64,000 nucleotides of DNA, from the NCBI GenBank assembly GCA_005222965.1, contig NJBG01000001.1, positions 270,323 through 334,322 of the forward strand. The letters run 5' to 3'. The translations under genes and the position numbers were made by a program. Source of the DNA: Candidatus Woesearchaeota archaeon B3_Woes. Its GTDB lineage: Archaea > Nanobdellota > Nanobdellia > Woesearchaeales > B3-WOES. Within the stretch, counting starts at the first letter, position 1, and every line of letters starts with the position of its first letter. The notes below the pieces were generated by a model that was not told where the DNA came from, ran no database searches, and was given only the letters and a program-made list of their open reading frames with translations. This document shows, in pieces, positions 40,601 through 48,701 of this stretch.

Positions 40601-40795
40601 AGCTGGTTTTAATAAAGGGCTATCAGTTGAAAATACATCAACAACAGGGTCTGCAAGAAGTTCTTCAATAGCTACTATTTCTTCATTTGTAAAGCTATCA
40701 TCAATATTATATACTTTTATGGGTTGTTGTAGAATTAGGCCATCAGAATCACTAGTAAATTCTTCTCTAGACATCACTTCTATCCTTGTGCCCAT
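37637..40795 (-). CDS. purL: FGAM synthase PurL, with N-terminal PurS-like extension
   Basis: WSEHC, DNAG, KVETHNFP, DGIHGA, VQIGDP, DCGAGG, SEAQER, ISGKDS. ATG at 40795 follows a G-rich RBS; the track gives 40816. Confidence 0.93.
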   Translation of the reverse strand: MGTRIEVMSREEFTSDSDGLILQQPIKVYNIDDSFTNEEIVAIEELLADPVVDVFSTDSPLLKPARNEAVIEKSPRPGVNDPEGKEARNAIQKVLDREIGPVSFSEQYLWGGELNETDYILLQKQIGNPLINDFLKIDSSEWTSNGIGFHFPVVDLPEIPAFEYVDINISSGKLRELSNAMMLELNSEEFSKIKGLYDGSYDPDFIARREKAGLKAIPTDAELQAFGQSWSEHCIHKKLKAIWKYTSEDSNDESQLPPVVDNVFKTMIQETTQKIAKGIDWLVSVLEDNAGAIKLNDRINISHKVETHNFPTALDAFGGSNTGVGGILRDLISVGKGMIVRLSQYGFRVAHPNYYNDLPLDIQTPTRTLEGMVDGVEDYGNKMGIPTSCGNVMVDPGWLKCVCYVGGLATVEAEINGRKTHTKDIRPGYVAVSLGGKVGKDGIHGATASSTDIKADAEERKDVSQAVQIGDPIVEKGVFEVMNLLQQLDLVEATQDCGAGGWNSAVGELTELLNDLEQKRYELQNVFEEKGITLESSYDDRLKAASDVIDVNRIASLFIDQIKSEIKSGEIFSTKTNGKGGIKMDLTHVPEKYKGLTGWEKLVSEAQEREVLVIKPENMNRVIEICEQNNVDLTVMGDFNNSGDYHVLDQDTPIAYLPIEFIGTELPQMTIEAHWKPCEFKEPELPVLEDLTDVALEMIGRPNLQTYDWIVTRFDHEVQGGSRIKPLVGLGKGKNDVVASRPEPEHSEIVIETWGSNPWQGDIDAYHMGVNNVVDAVGKVISAGGKLPDKDTYKLTFNGNITCPKPEEDPHIAAQVIRMLKGSADAELAFGTPRISGKDSTSVQRDYISTKTGKKVTVKAKPELLMSAMAVMPDDSTLTTSDFKLPGDLIYVVGDTRDELGGSEFYLMQRETGRNVPKSNLEEIKPRYSSLSEATESQLVHSVRYLTKGGLAEGLINSAMSGDIGFDADLSSLDEGLGRADKILFSETTGRSVVTIHPTQQAEFEKQMEGNYIRKIGIVGLDNQMNVKYNGKTVFSTTVEVAREANKGEIQN

Positions 40796-40918
40796 ATATT
40801 CCCCTTTAATAACCATTTTATAAGCTTATTTATATACTTTTTCATAATTTTGTCGTCCTAAACATGGGACAACTAACAAACCAAAAGATTAATAAGAAAT
40901 AACCAATTTTATTACAAA

Positions 40919-41452
40919 ATGGGTCAATTTGAAGTTCTAATAAGCCAAGAAGAAATAGCAGATTTAGTAAATGGATTGGCTCAGGAAATTGTTAAGAATC
41001 ATCAAGAGCAATTCCCACTATACCTTGTAACTGTTCTTAATGGGGCAAGGACTTTTTCTGATGATCTCCAAAAAAGGATATTAGGTATTCAAAGTTTTGA
41101 AATTGTTGATTATGAAATTAAACTAAGTTCTTATGGCAACTCAACAGAATCAAGTAGAGATGTAGAGATTGTAAAATATATTGAAGAAAATGTTGAAGGA
41201 TTGGATTTAATCATAGTTGAAGATATTGTTGATACAGGTTTAACATTAGATTTTCTAAAAAATTATTTGTTAAATGAAAAAGGAGCTCATTCTGTAAGAA
41301 TATGTAGTTTGTTAAGCAAACCATCTAGAAGAGAGACAGATGTACAAATCGATTATCTTGGTAGAGAGATTCCTGATAAGTTTATATTTGGTTATGGGAT
41401 AGATAAAGGAGAACAATATAGAGGATTGCCAGATATTGTTTTGCAGGAATAA
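40919..41452 (+). CDS. hpt: Hypoxanthine phosphoribosyltransferase, bacterial type
   Basis: VLNGA, SSYG, IVEDIVDTGLTL, LLSKPSRR, GYGID...YRGLP. Confidence 0.93.
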   Translation: MGQFEVLISQEEIADLVNGLAQEIVKNHQEQFPLYLVTVLNGARTFSDDLQKRILGIQSFEIVDYEIKLSSYGNSTESSRDVEIVKYIEENVEGLDLIIVEDIVDTGLTLDFLKNYLLNEKGAHSVRICSLLSKPSRRETDVQIDYLGREIPDKFIFGYGIDKGEQYRGLPDIVLQE

Positions 41453-41454
41453 AT

Positions 41455-42153
41455 TTATTTTACATAATAAACTATGTTTATATTTGCTGTGACTGTCACA
41501 TCTGATGGCATTACAGTTGCTGCTTCATCAACTGCTTTTGCACCAACAGATTCTGCCATTGCATAAATATAAGGTCTGGCATAATAATTACTTTCTGAAA
41601 CACTCTTTATTTTGCCTAGTGTAACTCCTAAACTATCTGCAATAGTTTCTGCTTTTGACTTGGCATTCTTACTTGCCTCTGATAATGCTTGTTTTTTATA
41701 CTCCTGTTCTTTTGCTTCGCTTAACTCAAACATTATATTATTGATTTGATTAGCTCCATTATTAACAGTGATATCAACAATAGTTCCAACTTTTCCTAAA
41801 TCTTCTGTCTTTATATTTAATGTTTGAGTCGCTCTCCATCCAACTGATTCAGATTTGCCATCTCTCCATTCCTTTTGTTCATATAAATTTAATCTTTCTG
41901 TCTCAATATTTTCTTCTGAAATTCCTTCAGACTTTAAGCCATTTAAAATGGCATTTATTACTCTGTTTGCTTCTGTTTGTGCTTCATCTGCACTTGACTT
42001 TAAGATAGAAATTCCAGCTACAACTTTTGCTTGGTCAGGATCAAATGTAAGTTCAGAATCTCCCTGAACATTTATTGTATTTCCTTCTTGTTGTATACAT
42101 CCTGTTAATATTGCTAAAGCAAAAACAATCATTAATATATTTTGTATCTTCAT
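41455..42153 (-). CDS. SIMPL (DUF541) domain lipoprotein
   Basis: Lipobox LTGC; INVQG...PDQA, GANQIN, AKSKAETIA..LG. Confidence 0.88.
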   Translation of the reverse strand: MKIQNILMIVFALAILTGCIQQEGNTINVQGDSELTFDPDQAKVVAGISILKSSADEAQTEANRVINAILNGLKSEGISEENIETERLNLYEQKEWRDGKSESVGWRATQTLNIKTEDLGKVGTIVDITVNNGANQINNIMFELSEAKEQEYKKQALSEASKNAKSKAETIADSLGVTLGKIKSVSESNYYARPYIYAMAESVGAKAVDEAATVMPSDVTVTANINIVYYVK

Positions 42154-42234
42154 AATATCACCTTAATTCAAAATCAAATCAGAATTTATAAAGGTTTGCA
42201 AACATTTATTAATAATAAAAGATTTGGTAAAAAC

Positions 42235-42387
42235 ATGAAATGTGACATATGCAAAGGTAATGTTGAAGAAACTTTCTTAAAAAAACCTATTGGAACCTAT
42301 ATGAAAGATTCCAAAGGAAAAAAACATTTAGTCTGTAATCAATGTCAAAAGAAGAATAAAAAAGAAGAACTCCTCACGAAGTTTTAA
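42235..42387 (+). CDS. Small zinc-finger protein (50 aa)
   Basis: MKCDIC...ETFLKKPIGT...VCNQCQ; two CxxC pairs; TATA ~25 bp upstream of the ATG at 42235. Confidence 0.8.
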   Translation: MKCDICKGNVEETFLKKPIGTYMKDSKGKKHLVCNQCQKKNKKEELLTKF

Positions 42388-42412
42388 ATACTTCATTTTC
42401 TTATTAAAATGT

Positions 42413-42512
42413 GCCTCTGTAGCATAGTAGCTATTGCGGCTGACTCGTAAAAGCAATAATAACAGCATAACAAGAAATCAGCAGGTCGGGAGTGCAAATC
42501 TCCCCAGAGGCT
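42413..42512 (+). tRNA. tRNA-Thr(CGU) with 27-nt intron at 37/38 (42450-42476)
   Basis: GCCTCTG/CAGAGGC acceptor stem; GCTGA-CT-CGT-A[intron]A-TCAGC; T-loop TGCAAAT. Confidence 0.9.
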
Positions 42513-43262
42513 TTACTTATTTTTTCTTTCAGCAGATTCAATCATATCTATCAGATAGTCAATATAATTAACTATTTGTAGGGCTCTCTCTTTCTCAATT
42601 TCTCCTTCTCTATGACCTTTAGCATTTCTATGAAACATTACAATTCCTCTTAATATATGAAAAAAACCTTCTTCTTCGGCTACTGTTTTACAAGAAGGAA
42701 TTCTTAAACATCCATTATCTACATGAAATGATTTATTCATTAAAGTTGTACCAGTATCTGTTGCATCTAATCTAGCTTTTTCTCTGATTCTAACTTCTAA
42801 ATGTCTTGTTGCATTAAATACAAAATTCCAGTAGTCTTCAGATTCAAATGTAGATTTGCATGATTCATATAATTTTTGGTCTTTTAATTTTAAAGATTCA
42901 TTGTTTAAAGTATTTGAATCAATTTGTTTAATTTCTTCAGATTCTTTTTCTATATCATCTGGTTCTTTATCTTTTAGTACATCAATAATCTCGATTATTT
43001 CTTTAACAATTGGATCAGAATTAGAAGCTTGTTTTGGAGAGATATACAATACCCTAGAGTTCCCACTAGACCTATATCTTTGATAAAAAGATTCTACTTT
43101 TTTCATTAAAAATTCTAATCCACTTAAATCAATAGGGTTATTATTAACTTCATTATTCAAATTAGTTACAAATGGAACAATTGATTGAAAAAATTTCTTA
43201 TCTGAATTAACTATATCTAATAAAGAACTGATGTTTATTTTTAATTTTTGGAGGTCATTCAT
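42513..43262 (-). CDS. TIGR02391/Ymh-like (HEPN-like) C-terminal domain protein
   Basis: LEVRIRE...GTTLMNKSF...EEEGF...G...RNAKGH. Confidence 0.72.
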   Translation of the reverse strand: MNDLQKLKINISSLLDIVNSDKKFFQSIVPFVTNLNNEVNNNPIDLSGLEFLMKKVESFYQRYRSSGNSRVLYISPKQASNSDPIVKEIIEIIDVLKDKEPDDIEKESEEIKQIDSNTLNNESLKLKDQKLYESCKSTFESEDYWNFVFNATRHLEVRIREKARLDATDTGTTLMNKSFHVDNGCLRIPSCKTVAEEEGFFHILRGIVMFHRNAKGHREGEIEKERALQIVNYIDYLIDMIESAERKNK

Positions 43263-43343
43263 CTTAGTTTTATTAAATTAGATAAAATATATAAACTTTT
43301 GTAATTTAAAAATATTGAAACTGAATCTATATTATTAAAAGCT

Positions 43344-43994
43344 TCAATAAAAAACGTCAATAACATTAAAATTTTCTTTCTTTAATAAATCAACTAAATC
43401 TTTATGCCAATTTCCCCTTACTATCATAAAAGAAGCCTTTGGATTTTGATTAGATAGTAATCTAATTTGTCGAACGATAAATCTATCCCTCATATCATTC
43501 ATTGGTTTTTGAAATTTCTCATTGTCTAAATGGGGTTCTGAAAAATTCCCATTTCTTATATTTTCCATAATCATTTTTGGCATATTTATCCTTAAAAATT
43601 TATGACAATCCCTTACAAATTTTTTGTATTCATCAAAAGGAACGTTCTCTAAGACTAATTCTGCTCCCAAATCTAAAAGAAGATTTAGATTTAATTCATG
43701 GAATGGAGAAGTAGTGATATTAGGTTGGCTTTTTCTATTCTTGATAAAAAAAATAATATCTTCATTGATAAGCGTTCTTTGCTCATCAAAATATTCTTTA
43801 AATTTTTCATCAGAAGATACCACATCTTCAGAGATTGTCCAACTTGGAAGATATGGTGGGCCCCCATATTCAATTATAGATATCAATTTTTCTTTTTTTG
43901 ATAATTCTTTAGATAATTGACCTACATTAGATTTTAATCTTTCAAAATCGGGTTTGTCTAAATGGGGCCCTAAAAATAAATAAATATCGGTCAT
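43344..43994 (-). CDS. Hypothetical protein, weak TraB/Tiki/ChaN-like motifs
   Basis: N-terminal LGPH, IIE, RD..I, C-terminal VRGNWH. Start assumed at the ATG at 43994. Confidence 0.5.
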   Translation of the reverse strand: MTDIYLFLGPHLDKPDFERLKSNVGQLSKELSKKEKLISIIEYGGPPYLPSWTISEDVVSSDEKFKEYFDEQRTLINEDIIFFIKNRKSQPNITTSPFHELNLNLLLDLGAELVLENVPFDEYKKFVRDCHKFLRINMPKMIMENIRNGNFSEPHLDNEKFQKPMNDMRDRFIVRQIRLLSNQNPKASFMIVRGNWHKDLVDLLKKENFNVIDVFY

Positions 43995-44062
43995 AATTTT
44001 AATTAACACAACTAAGATATTAAAGTTTTCTATTATTCTTCATCCCAGAACCCATTAGAAGA

Positions 44063-44344
44063 CTATCTTCTCTTCTTGAATTTTTTCTTTTTTTTAGATG
44101 TCCAAGAAAAAGTTGATGCATATAATATGATTAATATAATTATTTTAACAAAAATAGGTATCTGTTTGGGTGTCGTACTCGCAGCAATACCTACCAAGAC
44201 TAAAATTAAAGATATAATATATTTATTTGTAGGATTTAGTCTCCCTTTTGATAATTTTCTAATAAATTTAGTAATGGGGGGTATCAATAACAGGAAGTAT
44301 ATGCCTATAAAAAATAGTACAATAAAATCAATTGGTTGCCACAT
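44063..44344 (-). CDS. Small membrane protein (3 TM, basic tail)
   Basis: Three hydrophobic stretches; upstream TATA-like element. Confidence 0.6.
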   Translation of the reverse strand: MWQPIDFIVLFFIGIYFLLLIPPITKFIRKLSKGRLNPTNKYIISLILVLVGIAASTTPKQIPIFVKIIILIILYASTFSWTSKKKKKFKKRR

Positions 44345-44463
44345 ACTTATATCATTATTATATCTTGTATTTAATTCTTTCTAACTATTAAGCCATTTAT
44401 TTCTAATTAAATTTGATTTGTATTAATTTATAATGCTGTTTATGATAAAAAAAACTACAAACA

Positions 44464-45128
44464 CAAACCTTTTTATTTAGAAACATTTTATTACAATTAG
44501 AATGAATATTGTCAAACTATCAAAAGAATTAATGTTTAAACAAACCAAAAAAAATAAAGCACCAGCTTGGTTACTAACAGAAATTGCAATAAAAAAAGGA
44601 AAAGAACTTTCTAAAAAACATAAAGTTGATGAAAAATTAGTCTTAACTTCATTATATCTCTCACATACTATCTTTAACAAAATTTGGAAAGGAAAAATAC
44701 AACAAAATCATCCAAAACTAAGTTCAAACTTTGCAAAAAAATATTTAAATAAATGGAAAGTTAACAAAAATGACCAAGAAATAATTCTAAACTCTATTGA
44801 AGCACATCATAACAAAGTTCCAACAAAATCAAAGACAGCAGAAGTAGTAAAAAATGCAGAATGTTTCAAATTCGTAACAATCGAGGGTTGTTTAATCTTA
44901 TTACATGAATTAGGTTTAAGAAAAATTCCTTTTGAAGAAGCGATTGATAAAGTAAAACAAAAAATGGAGCAAAAAAAGAGTTTAATCACTCTAACAGATT
45001 GTAAAAAAGAAGCAGAAAAAAACTGTAAAGAAATTCTAAAGTTATTGAAAAAGATGTATTAATCTTACTCTGCTGACGAAATTCACCCAAACCTTTTTAT
45101 TTAGAAACATTTTATTACAATTAGAATG
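44464..45128. repeat. 41-bp perfect direct repeat (44464-44504 and 45088-45128) bracketing one gene
   Basis: caaacctttttatttagaaacattttattacaattagaatg in both positions. Confidence 0.95.
44502..45062 (+). CDS. Degenerate HD-domain-like protein
   Basis: HD-fold pattern (D.KLV..SLYLSH...HPKLSS...IEAHH...VKNAE), with the metal ligands substituted. Confidence 0.6.
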   Translation: MNIVKLSKELMFKQTKKNKAPAWLLTEIAIKKGKELSKKHKVDEKLVLTSLYLSHTIFNKIWKGKIQQNHPKLSSNFAKKYLNKWKVNKNDQEIILNSIEAHHNKVPTKSKTAEVVKNAECFKFVTIEGCLILLHELGLRKIPFEEAIDKVKQKMEQKKSLITLTDCKKEAEKNCKEILKLLKKMY

Positions 45129-45132
45129 GATG

Positions 45133-45657
45133 TTATTTATGTTCTTTTGACAAATTCTTGTATTTTTTAACCAATTTTTTTAAATCATGACCTGTATAAA
45201 TTTTACCATGCTCCAACTCAGACATCCAATTATGAGCATCTGCATCTGCTTGCTGAACAATCTTATAGGAATCATGTTTTTCATCATGACATTCTTCTTT
45301 CTTATCGCAGCCTTCACAAATTGAATCCAAATTGGAAATATACTTGAATTTTGTATTTGGATCATCAGAGATTCTTTTTACAGAATCCCTCGCATGAAGG
45401 ATTAACTCGTCAGAATGAAAATTATATGCATATTCACCTGATTTCTTAATATATTCTTCACTCCGTCCAGATTGTCTTGCGGATTCTTCTGCTTGCTTTC
45501 TTTTACCTTCTCTAAAATTGGAAATATATTTTTCATCAGACAAACTATAAAGTTCGGGTTGGGCTTCATGACCAATATAACCTAATACATGATGAGGTCT
45601 TAATTCTAAATCAACTTTTTCTTCAGATTTCTTTTTTTGTTTACTTTTCTTTACCAT
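45133..45657 (-). CDS. DUF1284-like protein
   Basis: LRPHHVL...DSICEGC...C motif. Confidence 0.55.
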   Translation of the reverse strand: MVKKSKQKKKSEEKVDLELRPHHVLGYIGHEAQPELYSLSDEKYISNFREGKRKQAEESARQSGRSEEYIKKSGEYAYNFHSDELILHARDSVKRISDDPNTKFKYISNLDSICEGCDKKEECHDEKHDSYKIVQQADADAHNWMSELEHGKIYTGHDLKKLVKKYKNLSKEHK

Positions 45658-45769
45658 TAATATAATAAAATGATTAAATACTATAAAAAATTACTGCTTC
45701 TATCCCTCAATTATTTTAATATGAGGACTAACCCCAAACCTTTTATACATTAATTTACTTTCTAACTGT

Positions 45770-46684
45770 ATGAAAACAATATACTTTGAAAGGGCCATAT
45801 TCATAAACTGGTTTTGCTCTAAACGTGATTGCACTTTTTGTTATTTAAGCACAACTAACAAAAATCCAAATCCTCTAAAAGACAGAAGAACAAAAGAAAG
45901 CATCCTAGCAGAAGCTATGATATGCAAAGCGTGTAATTGGCCTATAGAATTCATTTCAGGTGGATGTAATTGTCAATCAGACAAAGAAATTTTAGATATA
46001 TTAGAAAACATATACAATATTACAAAACAAAAACAATGGTTAAATCTAGGAATTCTAAATGAAAAACAACTAAAACTCTTCAAACCATATGTTAAAGGGG
46101 TTAGTGGAACAGTTGAATGTATAACTCCTAAACTAAGGGATAAAATTTGTCCTTCTAAACCATTATATGAGATTGAAGATATGTTTAAAGTGTGTGACAA
46201 ATTAAAATTAAAAAAATCAATCACAATTGTCTTAGGAATTGGAGAAACTCTAAACGATATTAAACTTCTAAAACAATTTATAAGAGAATATAAAGTTGAC
46301 AGAGTCACATTTTATAGACTAAAGCCTCAAAAAGAAACAGTTTTTGAAAAAGCCAAACCAATTACTTCAAATTATTATGTTAAATGGGTTAAAGAAATCA
46401 GAAAAGAGTTTCCAAAAATAAAAATCATTACAGGTTCTTGGTTAACTCATTTAGATGAACTACATTTATTATTAAAAGCAGGTTCAGATGGAATTACTAA
46501 GTTTCCGTCAATAAAACAGTTTAATTCTAAATATGCAAAACAAATCAAAAAAGAAGTTGAAAAAGCAGGAATGAAATTTGGAAGTAATTTTACAAAACCA
46601 CCAAAAATAACAGCAGAAGGTAAAATACAAATAAAACTAAACAATTATCTAAAAACAATGAACAAACCATATAAAAATATATAA
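45770..46684 (+). CDS. BioB-like radical SAM protein, CX4CX2C variant
   Basis: ERAIFINWFCSKRDCTFCYLS, ISGG, CPSKP, LGIGET. Confidence 0.8.
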   Translation: MKTIYFERAIFINWFCSKRDCTFCYLSTTNKNPNPLKDRRTKESILAEAMICKACNWPIEFISGGCNCQSDKEILDILENIYNITKQKQWLNLGILNEKQLKLFKPYVKGVSGTVECITPKLRDKICPSKPLYEIEDMFKVCDKLKLKKSITIVLGIGETLNDIKLLKQFIREYKVDRVTFYRLKPQKETVFEKAKPITSNYYVKWVKEIRKEFPKIKIITGSWLTHLDELHLLLKAGSDGITKFPSIKQFNSKYAKQIKKEVEKAGMKFGSNFTKPPKITAEGKIQIKLNNYLKTMNKPYKNI

Positions 46685-47346
46685 GATATGTTAAAAGAAC
46701 ACTGTAGTTTATTCAATAATTCAGAAAGATTTATATTTTATTTCAAACCTCTATTTCCTAATGAACAAACCTATAATGCTTGAACAAGTAATGGAGTTGG
46801 GAGAACATGTTGTTCAGTTCTCCACAAGTCCGGAAATTTCAAACAAGGTTTTGCAACAATTCTATGATGATGTTACTCATGCTTTAAAAATACTAGATCC
46901 TGCAATAAATTACGAAAGTGGAATTGATCATATGCAACCAAAACATAAAATCACTGGAAAGTATAGAAGAATAGAGAAGTATTTGCAAGTTCGGAGAGAT
47001 CCGAACATAAAAAAATTCGACATCCGTAACGTGATAAGACATAATAAAATTGCTTATGTTGAAGACCCAAGTTCACTTTCTCGAGGGGATTGTGGGTCGG
47101 AAATCAATGTGGATAAAAACATGTTCAGAGATATTATGTTATTTGAACCTAATCTAGTTGTAACTTCTACCCACCCCATATATGATGTGATTGATTTATT
47201 AAATATAATTAAAGATTTTTCTTATATTGATGTTTCTGATAGATACACAGAACAACATTTTAACCTACGTGAAATTGCAGACAATTTAGGAAATGTAGAT
47301 AGTCCTGGACTTTCTTAAAATAAACTATCTAAAAACAATGAACAAA
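46646..47346. repeat. 21-bp direct repeat (46646-46666 and 47326-47346) bracketing one gene
   Basis: tatctaaaaacaatgaacaaa in both positions. Confidence 0.9.
46761..47318 (+). CDS. Hypothetical protein (orphan-like)
   Basis: 185-aa ORF with its own gaaagatttata promoter; visibly more CG dinucleotides than its neighbours. Confidence 0.65.
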   Translation: MNKPIMLEQVMELGEHVVQFSTSPEISNKVLQQFYDDVTHALKILDPAINYESGIDHMQPKHKITGKYRRIEKYLQVRRDPNIKKFDIRNVIRHNKIAYVEDPSSLSRGDCGSEINVDKNMFRDIMLFEPNLVVTSTHPIYDVIDLLNIIKDFSYIDVSDRYTEQHFNLREIADNLGNVDSPGLS

Positions 47347-47375
47347 TTTATAAACAAATAACTCATTCAAAATAT

Positions 47376-48701
47376 ATGACAAAAGTTCTTCTTGTCCAAC
47401 CAGTTGAATACAGAAGGTATTATAATTCTAATCCTGATTACAAAAGATATTTTTCAAGAGAATTAGGATTATTACAATTAGCTTCTTTTCTAGAGCAAAA
47501 CAATGTAGAATGTAAACTAATTCCAGGACACTACAAAAAAGAAGATTTCTATAAAATCCTTAAAAAAGAAGTAAAAAAATATAATATTATAGCAACAACC
47601 TGTCTAACTCCAGAGTACAATATTGCCTGTGACATTCTTAAGTTTGCAAAACAAATAAACCAGAACATCAAAACAGTAATTGGAGGCCATCATGTAACAT
47701 GGCTTGATAAAGAAGTTTTAAAAAATTCTTTTATTGATATTGTAGTAAAAGGAGAAGGGGAACAAACCTTTCTTGATATTGTAAATAATAAAAAAGACAT
47801 AAAAGGAATAAGCTACAAAAAAAATAATCAAATAAAAACAACTGAAAATCAAAAATCTTTACACATAATACCAAAACTAAACAACAATATTCTAAAAGAA
47901 TATAACAAAACCATTAAAAAATCAGACATAAAATTTTTCCAATTTAACTACACATCAACAAGAGGGTGCCCTTACAATTGTTCATTCTGCACAGAACCAT
48001 TGTATTGGGGAAATAGGGTAAGATACAAAGACATTAATCATGTTAGAGAAGAAATTGACACAATCCTAGACAATAAAAAATGCAAAAGAATATTTTTTAT
48101 GGACAGTAATTTTACAATTAATCAGAAATATGTAAAACAATTCTGTAAAGAAATAAAAAGTAACACATCTTTCAAATGCTATACAAAAATTAATTATTAT
48201 CCTAAGGAAATAGCCAATTTACTAAAAAAAGCAGGTTTTGATGTTGTTCATTTTGGTGTAGAACATTTTAACAAAGACATTCAAAAATCAATAAACAAAG
48301 TTAATTCATTAAGTGATATTAAAAAAACACTAAAAAACGCAAAAGAAGGAAACCAAAAAACAGGAATCTACATTGTTGTTGGTTTGCCAGGAGATAATGT
48401 AGAAAGAGCAAAATATAATTATAAATTAACACAAGAACTAGTAAAAGAAAATCTTCTTGATGAAGTCATACCATTCATATTCATACCCTATCCTGGAACA
48501 GATCAGTTCAAAAACCCAAATAAATACAAATTGAATATCTTAACAAAAGATTTTTCCAAATATTCAAGAACCCATCAACCAATAATCAGTTATAAAAACT
48601 TTACAAATGATGAAATAGAACTTATGTTTAGATTATTCACAGATTATGCTTATGAACTATCTCTGAAAAACCCGCATACAAGCATGTTCTCAGAACCATA
48701 A
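47376..48701 (+). CDS. B12-binding domain radical SAM protein
   Basis: VLLVQP, LGLLQLAS, IGGHH, GEGE, TRGCPYNCSFC, PYPGT. Confidence 0.9.
   Translation: MTKVLLVQPVEYRRYYNSNPDYKRYFSRELGLLQLASFLEQNNVECKLIPGHYKKEDFYKILKKEVKKYNIIATTCLTPEYNIACDILKFAKQINQNIKTVIGGHHVTWLDKEVLKNSFIDIVVKGEGEQTFLDIVNNKKDIKGISYKKNNQIKTTENQKSLHIIPKLNNNILKEYNKTIKKSDIKFFQFNYTSTRGCPYNCSFCTEPLYWGNRVRYKDINHVREEIDTILDNKKCKRIFFMDSNFTINQKYVKQFCKEIKSNTSFKCYTKINYYPKEIANLLKKAGFDVVHFGVEHFNKDIQKSINKVNSLSDIKKTLKNAKEGNQKTGIYIVVGLPGDNVERAKYNYKLTQELVKENLLDEVIPFIFIPYPGTDQFKNPNKYKLNILTKDFSKYSRTHQPIISYKNFTNDEIELMFRLFTDYAYELSLKNPHTSMFSEP

Noticed and set aside
40796..40918. Purine or ZTP riboswitch upstream of the pur operon
   Set aside because: The leader is short, AT-rich and occupied by two TATA promoters; no aptamer-like structure was seen.
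42142..42234. N-terminal extension of the zinc-finger ORF given in the track
   Set aside because: The TTG start overlaps the divergent gene and its promoter; the ATG at 42235 fits TATA spacing.
42490..48700. Integrated virus or plasmid at tRNA-Thr
   Set aside because: No integrase, replication or capsid genes, and no duplicated tRNA 3' end was found by eye.
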